In this document: positions 34,896-43,190 of the stretch, in pieces | Layout: each line of letters opens with the position of its first letter | Numbering within the stretch: position 1 is the stretch's first letter | Origin: Verrucomicrobiales bacterium | Lineage (GTDB): Bacteria > Verrucomicrobiota > Verrucomicrobiia > Verrucomicrobiales > V1-33 | Reading direction: 5' to 3' | DNA: 48,414 nucleotides | Assembly: GCA_031411295.1 (NCBI GenBank) | Contig: JANOAV010000104.1 | Span: 1-48,414, forward strand | Made by a program: the position numbers and the translations under genes | Notes under the pieces: generated by a model | Databases searched by the model: none | The model's input: the letters and a program-made list of their open reading frames with translations, nothing else | Told to the model about the DNA's origin: nothing

Positions 34896-36341
34896 TCAAC
34901 CCTGCTTCTGGAGAAAGGCAACCACAGAGTAAATAAGATGCGTCAAGAGAATCAATAGCCCCAAACGGTAAGCCACGGTGTAACCACGACCGCCACGACC
35001 GCCACCACCGCGTCGCTCCGCCCACTGACGAAGCGTTTCCCCACCCAAAATGAGCGCCAACACCAGCCCCTGAACGATCGGCAGAATCGTATGCTCCGAG
35101 CCGTCCCGTCCCTGATACACGGCTGCAGCAGTCAGACTGAAGAGGGTGGTCAGAAGCACAAAAGCGACCCGCGTGCCCGCCCGACTGTCGGCCACGGGGC
35201 CATCTTGAAACCACGCTGGTCCGCGGGTCCGCGCATGCAGACCTGCGATCAGGAAGACCGCCAGCAATCCCCAGAGATAAACATTGCGCCACGGCAAAAT
35301 GTGGGGCGCGCCCTCGGGGGAAGTCGCAGGAAGCACGCGAGGAAAGACCACGCGGTGCAGTTTCCGCAGCCAAGCCTGCGGGAGATCGGCTCGATGGGCA
35401 TTATCTCCCAGGAATTCCTGCAGCGGCACCTTCGGTTGGGCCGGATCTTCAGCCTCCACCGACAGATAGGCTTGGCGGAGTGGTTCCCACGTCTGGTGCC
35501 GCGCATGGTGATACTGCAGATTGGGGGCAACGACGGCAAAGAAGCCAAAGGCCATTCCGAGCAACCCAATGAAATGTCCCGGACAGTTCCAGGAGCGGTG
35601 CGTCTCGCGACGAAACATTTCCCAACAGAATCGCCCCGTGGTGACACACGCCCAACTCAGGACCAACGGCAGGAGACTGAGATCTGTGAGGTAGGCCGCT
35701 CCCGCCACCAGACCGAAAGCCACATGCGGCCAGGCCCCATTGCGCGTTAGGAGTTGCAGGGCGAGCGCAAATGCCAAGCCATGCAACCCGTAGCTCAACA
35801 CGTTAGGCTCATAGAAAATGGTTTGAGGAAGGAACACCCCAAATCCCAGCAGCACCATGGCGTTGGCGGCCACCAGCAGACTGCCTTTACTCCAAAGCCA
35901 GGTGCCGAGCATGATGAGGAACCCAAGTCCCAGCCAGACGTTGACCCATTGCCCCCGAGCATAAACGACGGGCATGGCCTCGAGTTTGCCGTCAGCAGAA
36001 GCCGTCTGCGCCAGCAGCCAGGGATACAGGGGCGGAACCCCTTCCACGGTGGCGTGCGGGAACCACTGATAATAGCCTTTGGAGAAAGATGGCAGATGCG
36101 ATTGATGGATTTCCGTGACCTGCTCCCCGGTGGCTTTGAGCACGACGAATTCATGATCCGATGCCTTCAAGAGCGAGTTATCAGGTTGTCCCAACAGATG
36201 ACTGGCCACGAAATGATACCCCCAGGCAAAGCTGCCCAACCACACCAGCAGCAAGATCCACGATGATCGTGGTGACACGATGGCCGGTTGGTTCAGCGCA
36301 GCGTCCTGTGAACGGGTGGGGAATGAGGTGATTATTTCCAT
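34896..36341 (-). CDS. Multi-TM membrane protein, probable GT-C-fold glycosyltransferase-like
   Basis: About 11-12 TM; PPLYPWLL, EPN.L and GLVAGAAYLT motifs resembling PMT/ArnT-like proteins; start is uncertain (36341 or 36353). Confidence 0.55.
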   Translation of the reverse strand: MEIITSFPTRSQDAALNQPAIVSPRSSWILLLVWLGSFAWGYHFVASHLLGQPDNSLLKASDHEFVVLKATGEQVTEIHQSHLPSFSKGYYQWFPHATVEGVPPLYPWLLAQTASADGKLEAMPVVYARGQWVNVWLGLGFLIMLGTWLWSKGSLLVAANAMVLLGFGVFLPQTIFYEPNVLSYGLHGLAFALALQLLTRNGAWPHVAFGLVAGAAYLTDLSLLPLVLSWACVTTGRFCWEMFRRETHRSWNCPGHFIGLLGMAFGFFAVVAPNLQYHHARHQTWEPLRQAYLSVEAEDPAQPKVPLQEFLGDNAHRADLPQAWLRKLHRVVFPRVLPATSPEGAPHILPWRNVYLWGLLAVFLIAGLHARTRGPAWFQDGPVADSRAGTRVAFVLLTTLFSLTAAAVYQGRDGSEHTILPIVQGLVLALILGGETLRQWAERRGGGGRGGRGYTVAYRLGLLILLTHLIYSVVAFLQKQG

Positions 36342-36392
36342 GCGAATACACAACTAACTAAGCAATTCTTTGGTCGCGTGGGAAGCATGGAA

Positions 36393-38081
36393 TTAGGGAA
36401 CTTTGGAATTCGTGGAATTCGTTGAGGAGTCGGCCGCAGGCTCCCGGCCGATCAAGAGATACTCCCGACCACTGCCATCCTCGAAACGCTGGTCCTTGAG
36501 CAGCGCCAAGACCTTGGTGAAACGACGGTTTACCAACTTGTTCAGGGTTTCCGAGTCTCCATTCCACAACTTGGGCGGCATCAGGACGTAGGCGGTATCC
36601 TCCGGAAAATCCGAGATCTTCGACGCCTCGGCACAGCGCTCACCAAGGTAGAACAGGAATGGCTGCGGACCCGGTTGGATCGCCACGATACTTCCTGGCT
36701 CGGTGGCCAGCGCGTTGATGGCGGTTGCGGTCGGTCGCACGTTTTCGCTTAATTTGGCACGCGGCAGAACCGTGGTGGCCAGGAGAATGGAGAGCACGAG
36801 GAAGGGAAAGGCTGTCAACGCGAAAGAACGCGTGGGATGATTCACCCGACGCACCAGATGCCACCAGAACCATGTGAGCGCTATGAAGACAACGTTCAGT
36901 GCAAACGCATAACCGGGCTGAGCCAGCACAAACCAGGGGGCGATGACGCCTGCCAAACTCGCCAGGATAAACATTCCCAACACCAGTCGATCCCAGAGCA
37001 CCAGCCGTCGCACGTTCGTGGTGGAAAAAATCGTCATGACCGCCCAGAGGACACACGGTGCCAGCGCTGGCATGAGGTAGCGGGCCCGGGTGGCCGGGAG
37101 CAGACAAAAAAGCCCGATACTAAGCAGCACCCCCCACCCCAGCGAGCGACGTAATATTTCCCAGCGAGGGCTTGCGCCATCTACCGCAGAGGGAGATTTC
37201 CAAGTAACAAACCACGCCAGCAGCGGCCAGGGAGCTAACAAAAGCAGGACCCGCAACGGCAACTGCGCCCAATCTCCAAAATTGATGTTGGCGAAACTGA
37301 GCCGCCCAGAGATTTGCTGCCACCAGACATCGCCTGGGGTTTTGACGAGAATCTCGTTGCCATCATCATCCGTGATGGATTGCAGCGGAACATCGGCTAG
37401 TTGCTGTTTCACCAGGATGCCCCAAATAATCATGGGAGCCAGCGCCAGAACCAGAGCCGTGAGGTGGGCTGGATGTAAGAGCTGTCGGCCGGTGCGGGAT
37501 TGGCGACAGGCGATCAACACAATGGGATAGAAGAACACCAGGTAAACCGGTCCCTTCACCAAATTGGCCAGCGCAAAGGGAATGACGGTGGCCAGCCAGA
37601 CTTTCCACGAACTCTGCTGCGAGCCCCAGTTGGCGGCCCAGGCTAGCATCCCGATCCCTGCGAGGGAAACGTAAAGGGACTCGATCTCCGCCAAGCGTGC
37701 TTTCTCCAGCATCCCGCCATTGACCAGCAGGGCAATCCCCAGCGCCAACCCCAGCCAGGGACCGCGCAGCTTCATCCCCGCCCAGACCCCAGTCAGCGCC
37801 AGCGCCAGCACCGCGAGCACTGATGGCAGGCGAGCCGTCCATTCGTTCTGCACGCCGGTGAGCTTGAAGGAGGCTGCAATCGCCCAGTTGATGCCAGGCG
37901 GCTTGCGGTGGTAGGGTTTCCCCTCGGAATAAGGCAGGACGTAATTATCCCGCCGCAACATTTCCCGGGCGGGCAGGATACGACGCCCCTCTTCGCCCTT
38001 GAGTTCAGTATCACCGAGCCCAGGGAGAAATAAGGTCGCCCAGAGAGCGATCGTCAGGAAGAAAACGTGGAAGAGACGCAT
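36393..38081 (-). CDS. ArnT/PMT_2-family (GT83/GT39-like) glycosyltransferase
   Basis: EEGRR...AREML, P...G.PY..KPP..NW, EWTARLPS and L.KGPV motifs; many TM segments. Confidence 0.88.
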   Translation of the reverse strand: MRLFHVFFLTIALWATLFLPGLGDTELKGEEGRRILPAREMLRRDNYVLPYSEGKPYHRKPPGINWAIAASFKLTGVQNEWTARLPSVLAVLALALTGVWAGMKLRGPWLGLALGIALLVNGGMLEKARLAEIESLYVSLAGIGMLAWAANWGSQQSSWKVWLATVIPFALANLVKGPVYLVFFYPIVLIACRQSRTGRQLLHPAHLTALVLALAPMIIWGILVKQQLADVPLQSITDDDGNEILVKTPGDVWWQQISGRLSFANINFGDWAQLPLRVLLLLAPWPLLAWFVTWKSPSAVDGASPRWEILRRSLGWGVLLSIGLFCLLPATRARYLMPALAPCVLWAVMTIFSTTNVRRLVLWDRLVLGMFILASLAGVIAPWFVLAQPGYAFALNVVFIALTWFWWHLVRRVNHPTRSFALTAFPFLVLSILLATTVLPRAKLSENVRPTATAINALATEPGSIVAIQPGPQPFLFYLGERCAEASKISDFPEDTAYVLMPPKLWNGDSETLNKLVNRRFTKVLALLKDQRFEDGSGREYLLIGREPAADSSTNSTNSKVP

Positions 38082-38321
38082 GGAGCAATGCGGATTCGGA
38101 ATGCATCGAAACCGCAATTTCCCGATAAGAGTGGGCGACACCCGGGGCAATGATTATTTTAGTCCCCAGCGGGAATGCAGGGTGCAGGAGATGGTGATCG
38201 ATAAAGCGGCTAGTAGGGAGACGTTTCGCCTCGGAATCTGCGCTTTCCGCTTTCGTGCCTATCAGCTTTGATGCCTTTAAGCTAGTCTGGCAGTTCATTT
38301 GCGTGGCGGTTGGCTGCCGGG

Positions 38322-38786
38322 TTAGCTTTGGTGATACTTTCGTTTGGCCGTGCGCAAGCGGAGGACCTTTATAATATGGGCGCAGATTGATCCTAGCATG
38401 AAGATGACGCCAACGATCATGACCCCTAATGGCAGTGCCGCCAGGGTAGGATTCAGGGCATGGAAGCCAGCGACGACAATCGTCCATAGGCTGAGCCAGA
38501 GGGCCAACCCGAGTGAGATCCCCACAAGGTGAGAGAGCCGGGGTTCCCGCAGGGCAAAATGTCGGTCACGCACCAAGCAGTGATGGCGCACCATGTGGTA
38601 TTCACGTTTGGCCACCTCCTTAGCGGAATCGATGGGAGGACGCGCCGGGGCAGCGGTTCCAAGGGGATCATTCCCAGGAGGGGCAGTCTTGAGGAGGTGA
38701 TCCTTGGCTTGATGAAATTCTTCCGGTGAAAGCGTGCCGTTTTGCAGCAACGCACCGATTCTTTCGAGTTTATCCACGAGTGGCAT
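38322..38786 (-). CDS. SHOCT-domain membrane protein
   Basis: DKLERIGALLQNGTLSPEEFHQAKDHLL matches the SHOCT pattern; two C-terminal TM helices; start reassigned to ATG 38786. Confidence 0.7.
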   Translation of the reverse strand: MPLVDKLERIGALLQNGTLSPEEFHQAKDHLLKTAPPGNDPLGTAAPARPPIDSAKEVAKREYHMVRHHCLVRDRHFALREPRLSHLVGISLGLALWLSLWTIVVAGFHALNPTLAALPLGVMIVGVIFMLGSICAHIIKVLRLRTAKRKYHQS

Positions 38787-38886
38787 GTCCTGATTGTCCA
38801 CCATCCCATGTCCAACGCGATTACATTCTGACGTCAAAGTTCCCATGGCCGCTGGCATAGCGATAGATGCTAGCGCTGTGAACGCA

Positions 38887-38917
38887 AAGCAGGCACACCT
38901 TGTGAGTGTGCCTGTTT
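38887..38917 (-). terminator. Probable intrinsic terminator (possibly bidirectional) downstream of the ThuA-like gene
   Basis: Perfect 9-bp stem CAGGCACAC/GTGTGCCTG (38890-38914) with a 7-nt loop and T-rich flanks, about 30 nt after the stop at 38947. Confidence 0.65.
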
Positions 38918-38946
38918 CGTTGTTTTCGTTTAGCGACAGAAAGCAG

Positions 38947-39825
38947 TTACTTGGCAGCGGCCTTGGCGGCAGCAAAACCTGGTTTGGGTGAGCCGTCCGC
39001 ATTGATTTTATCCGTGACCCAGAGGATGCCGCGGGCTACGATGTCCAAATATTTGTCATCCCCCACCGTGGCGTTGTTGTGGCCCAGCGTCGTGGAAAAA
39101 ACTTTGGTCTTCTTGGCACCGTATTCATTGGTCCAAGCGACCACGGTGTTGTTGGAACCAACTTTATCGCCTGCGTCTTGTTTGCCACGAATCACCGCTT
39201 TGGCGGTGTCGTAATGTTGAATGTTGTTGTAGAGTTCCTCGTTAATCGTGGTCCACTCAGCCATCCCTGCGGTGATGGGGGAGGTCTTGTCTTCCCAAGT
39301 TAGGGTGATGGGCTTCTGGGCTCCATGACCGCTGGATTGCAGACCGAGGTAATCGAACCAGAGGGAATCATTGGTGTTCTTTTCGACGGGTTTACCGAAA
39401 TTGGCTGCGGTGCGGTAGCAGTGCATGGCGCAGTGTAGATTCACGCCCGGAACGCCATCGCGATGGGGTTGGAGGACGCGATTCACGTAGGCCAGATCTT
39501 TCACGTCCGCCGCGCATTCATCGTGGATGATCACGTCGTAGCCTTTGGCCCAGTCATCCTTTTCGTATTGCGGAAAGACGACCTTGGTGCCCTTGTCAGG
39601 ATTGTAGGCGATATCGACCTCCAAGTTCAGGCGTTGCTCCAAGCCAGCCTTGAGGATGTCCTTCTGGGCGTTGTAGTCATGGCAGCAACCGCCGAGCACC
39701 AGCAGCGCTTTAATTGGCTTGGGAGCGGCGGCATCTTGGGCCTGAGCCGTGGTGTTCGTGGAAAGATAGAGACCAGCGCCAGCCAGCGCTGCCAATGGGA
39801 GCAGGAAAAGAGAGAAACGTTTCAT
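38947..39825 (-). CDS. ThuA-like (trehalose-utilisation domain) secreted protein
   Basis: Signal peptide MKRFSLFLLPL...AQA; GGCCHDY, YDVIIH, NLHCAMH, EELY, VAWTN.YG and FSTTLGH motifs; start reassigned to ATG 39825. Confidence 0.85.
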   Translation of the reverse strand: MKRFSLFLLPLAALAGAGLYLSTNTTAQAQDAAAPKPIKALLVLGGCCHDYNAQKDILKAGLEQRLNLEVDIAYNPDKGTKVVFPQYEKDDWAKGYDVIIHDECAADVKDLAYVNRVLQPHRDGVPGVNLHCAMHCYRTAANFGKPVEKNTNDSLWFDYLGLQSSGHGAQKPITLTWEDKTSPITAGMAEWTTINEELYNNIQHYDTAKAVIRGKQDAGDKVGSNNTVVAWTNEYGAKKTKVFSTTLGHNNATVGDDKYLDIVARGILWVTDKINADGSPKPGFAAAKAAAK

Positions 39826-39964
39826 ATGAGTTTGCAGGAAAAGAGGGAATGATCGGAATGCAAATGACAAAATCTCCCGGCATGCGTGATCCACTCTCCA
39901 AGCCAAATACTTCCAGTGCGCGTTGACCCTTGAAATGCGGGTAAACTCCTCTACACCTGTTGGC

Positions 39965-42442
39965 ATGTCAGGTTTTCCCATTAATTTAGCGCTGCCAGAT
40001 CTCTGGCAGCAGGAGGCGGTGCGCCATTTGCAGGCCCGGAAGGACGTCATCGTGGATGCTCCCACGGGGGCGGGGAAGACCCATATTTTTGAATTGATGG
40101 TCAAGAGCAATGCGCTCAAGGGTCAGGCCATCTATACCGTGCCCACCCGGGCCCTGGCTAATGACAAGCGCTTGGAATGGACTGCCAAAGGCTGGGATGT
40201 GGGGATCGCCACCGGGGATATTGCGGAGAATTTGGACGCCCCGGTCGTCGTGGCGACGCTGGAGACCCAACGGGAAAATTTCCTTCATGGCTATGGCCCG
40301 CGCCTCCTGGTCGTGGATGAATATCAGATGTTGGCGGATCCGCTCCGCGGCTTGACCTATGAGCTTTCCCTGGCTCTGGCTCCCCCGCAAACGCAGTTAC
40401 TCCTGCTGAGCGGTAGTGTGGGCAACGCCAAGGACGTAGCGGACTGGCTGCGGCGGTTAGGGCGACAGGTGGAGGTCGTGACCTCCAAGACGCGACCCGT
40501 GCCCTTGGAGGAAGTTTACCTGGAAACGCTGGGGAAACGCGCCCCGCGCACCGCAGTGAATTACTGGGCCCGAGTGGCCGGAGATGTTTTAGGAAATCAA
40601 CTCGGGCCGCTGCTCATCTTTGCCCCGCATCGCCATCAGGCGGAGAAAATCGCCAAGCATATTGCCGCCCAATTACCGACCCCGGAAACGTTGACCCTCA
40701 CCGATCGTCAGGATCAAGTCCTGGGGCCGCAGTTGGCTGGACTGCTGCGCCAGCGCGTAGCGTATCACCATAGTGGGCTGAGCTTCCTGCAACGCGCAGG
40801 GATCATTGAACCTCTGGCCAAAGCCGGGCAACTCCGGGTCGTCGTGGCCACCATGGGACTCGCGGCAGGGATTAACTTCTCCATGCGCAGTGTGATGGTG
40901 GCCGAGACGGTCTTTTTTGATGGCAAGGTGGAGCGTGAGATCGCCCCGGACGAACTACTGCAAATGTTCGGACGGGCCGGACGCAGAGGGATGGACGAGA
41001 TCGGCTATGTGATCATGGCCGAACGCAGCCCGCGTCTGAGCGATGCCAGTCAAAAGCAACTTCGGCGGGCCAATCAAGTGGACTGGCCCACGTTGATTCG
41101 GGTGATGCATCGGTCATCGGTGGCTGGTGAGAGCCCGTTTCCAGCGGCAGAGCGTCTCTGCGAATCACTCTTCAGCCGGCAACATTTATTGCTGGGTTTC
41201 GAGAAGCAACTCGAAGTGCGCCCCGCCACCGTCAAGCGGGCCACCGCCCGGACCGAGTTGAGTGCACATAACTATTTCGGCCTCGGTCCGACTCGGATCG
41301 ACATCTTCAATAGTCGGGGGGAGTGGGAAGAGAAGGATGCGGCACGCTTTGCCAAAGTGCCGCTGGCGCAAATCAAGATTTTCTTCAAGAACCATCTGGA
41401 ACACGCCTTGCACGTGTTTCCCTTCGTCAATCAAGCGTTTCCAATTGGGCGCGTCAGCAAAGTGGACAAGAGCCATGGGAACTGGGTCTATGGCAAGGAA
41501 TTCCCGTTAGCGATTGAGCGCGAACCCCGGGTGTTCCATGTCACCAAGAACATTCGGGAAATGCTGCAGTTGTCGGGCGAAAAGGAATGCAGCTATGATC
41601 AATTGGATGATCAGGTCATTCCTCTGCTGGTGCCTTTTCTGTGTGGCGGGCGAGTCTCCGGGATCGTGCGGCGGGGCGAAATCTTAGTGGTGCAAGTGGA
41701 CTTCAGCCGCACTGAGCACGAAGCCTATTTCGATACTTTCGACGTTCCGATCATCTCCCCGGAGGAGCGCACCGTGGGATTGGAAGTGGCTCCTAGTTTC
41801 AAAGACGAGCAGGGCGAAGAACGCATGGCCCCCAGCAATACCGCGGCCTATGCCTGGCGCAAGTTGGGCCTCATGGAAGCAGACGGCACCCCCACCCGAC
41901 GCGGCATCGTCTTCAGTTACTTCCAAAGTGGTGAAGGGCTCGCGATTGCGGCAGCCTTGGAAGATTCTACCTATCCCCTCGAGGAGCTAGTGATGCACTT
42001 GGCGAATCTGCGCGGTGGGCAGCGGCAGTTGGAGATTCCGCAGGAAATCACTGGCAGCAGCGAGCGGTTGGCCGCCGCTTGTCTGGGGGCGTATGGTGCA
42101 GCCAACTATGAAGGCTACTTAGAAATGGGCCTGCCCTTAGGCTACAGCGAAGGGGTGGCGGATATGCTGGCAGAGATTATCCGCAAGCCGAATCGGCGCA
42201 AAGATCTGTTAACGGAACATTTTGGCGAAGGAGATTTCGAGCGCGCCTTGATTGAGTGGATGAGCCTGCTGCGCCAAATAAAGTATGCGCCTGATCTGGA
42301 CTGGGACCGCTGGTTGCATTTCAAAGAGCAATGCGCGGTCGAGCGGGAAAAGCATGTGACCATGCTGCCAGTCCGCGATCTCCCGCCCGTGCCCGCCATG
42401 CAAGTTTCCCGCACGCCGAATCATGGGGCCTTTGAGCGCTGA
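39965..42442 (+). CDS. Ski2-like SF2 helicase (DExH-box related)
   Basis: APTGAGKT, PTRALAN, DEYQ, LLSGS, RPVPL, HHSGL, L.AGIN and QMFGRAGRRG. Confidence 0.9.
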   Translation: MSGFPINLALPDLWQQEAVRHLQARKDVIVDAPTGAGKTHIFELMVKSNALKGQAIYTVPTRALANDKRLEWTAKGWDVGIATGDIAENLDAPVVVATLETQRENFLHGYGPRLLVVDEYQMLADPLRGLTYELSLALAPPQTQLLLLSGSVGNAKDVADWLRRLGRQVEVVTSKTRPVPLEEVYLETLGKRAPRTAVNYWARVAGDVLGNQLGPLLIFAPHRHQAEKIAKHIAAQLPTPETLTLTDRQDQVLGPQLAGLLRQRVAYHHSGLSFLQRAGIIEPLAKAGQLRVVVATMGLAAGINFSMRSVMVAETVFFDGKVEREIAPDELLQMFGRAGRRGMDEIGYVIMAERSPRLSDASQKQLRRANQVDWPTLIRVMHRSSVAGESPFPAAERLCESLFSRQHLLLGFEKQLEVRPATVKRATARTELSAHNYFGLGPTRIDIFNSRGEWEEKDAARFAKVPLAQIKIFFKNHLEHALHVFPFVNQAFPIGRVSKVDKSHGNWVYGKEFPLAIEREPRVFHVTKNIREMLQLSGEKECSYDQLDDQVIPLLVPFLCGGRVSGIVRRGEILVVQVDFSRTEHEAYFDTFDVPIISPEERTVGLEVAPSFKDEQGEERMAPSNTAAYAWRKLGLMEADGTPTRRGIVFSYFQSGEGLAIAAALEDSTYPLEELVMHLANLRGGQRQLEIPQEITGSSERLAAACLGAYGAANYEGYLEMGLPLGYSEGVADMLAEIIRKPNRRKDLLTEHFGEGDFERALIEWMSLLRQIKYAPDLDWDRWLHFKEQCAVEREKHVTMLPVRDLPPVPAMQVSRTPNHGAFER

Positions 42443-42502
42443 TTCTTGTCCTAGTTTCTGCCGGCCCACGCTATGGATCTGTCACCTTTAATTTACCCTT
42501 AC

Positions 42503-43138
42503 ATGTTCCCATCCACTAAATCCTTCGTGCTAGCTCTCAGTTCCCTTTCCTCCCTGGCCTTTGCTGGGAAAAATGCGGACATTAAATCAACCATTCACAT
42601 TGCGGAGAAGCCAGTTTACGAATCGACGTTCGACGCAGCGAGCCTGGAGAAGCCTTGGAGCGTGGCTAAGGGCGATTGGGAAATTAAGGATGGAGCCGTG
42701 GTCGGCAAGGAAAAGGCAGAAGACAAGCATAATGCAGTGCTCTCGCTGGACCTCCCGAAGAAGGATTCGGTCATTCGGTTTTCCTTCAAAATGGCGGGTG
42801 CATCCCTGTTCCATCTCAGTCTGAATAATGCCAAAGGCCATCTGTTCCGCGTGCAAGCCACGGCCACCGGAGTGGTGGTCAACTTGGACAAGGACAAGAA
42901 GGACGAATCCAGCAAAGTAGTCGTGCTGGGAAAAGCGGCTACTTCCTTCAAGGCCGACGAATGGCACACCATGCAATTGGAAATGAAGGGCAACAAAATC
43001 GTGCTTCAAACGGACAATGGAGTCAAAATTGAAACGACCAATCCGACCCTGGACGGGGAGAAGAAGAACTATCGTTTCGTCACCAAGGGCGAATCGCTCT
43101 TGATTGACGATGTGAAAGTCTGGGATGTGACTCCGTAA
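42503..43138 (+). CDS. Secreted concanavalin-like/DUF1080-like protein
   Basis: Signal peptide; KGDWEIKDG, F.F...G and EWHT.Q.E.KG motifs; ends IDDVKVW. Confidence 0.7.
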   Translation: MFPSTKSFVLALSSLSSLAFAGKNADIKSTIHIAEKPVYESTFDAASLEKPWSVAKGDWEIKDGAVVGKEKAEDKHNAVLSLDLPKKDSVIRFSFKMAGASLFHLSLNNAKGHLFRVQATATGVVVNLDKDKKDESSKVVVLGKAATSFKADEWHTMQLEMKGNKIVLQTDNGVKIETTNPTLDGEKKNYRFVTKGESLLIDDVKVWDVTP

Positions 43139-43190
43139 GTCCTGCGCGATCCTGGCGGTCGGCGGGCGCACTAGGCGGCGGAAATCCGCG

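Noticed and set aside
38787..40119. Long N-terminal extensions given by the ORF track for the SHOCT and ThuA-like genes (likewise the vWA, ArnT and sulfatase genes)
   Set aside because: Extensions overlap neighbouring genes, terminators or promoter-like motifs; downstream ATGs give clean signal peptides or domain starts
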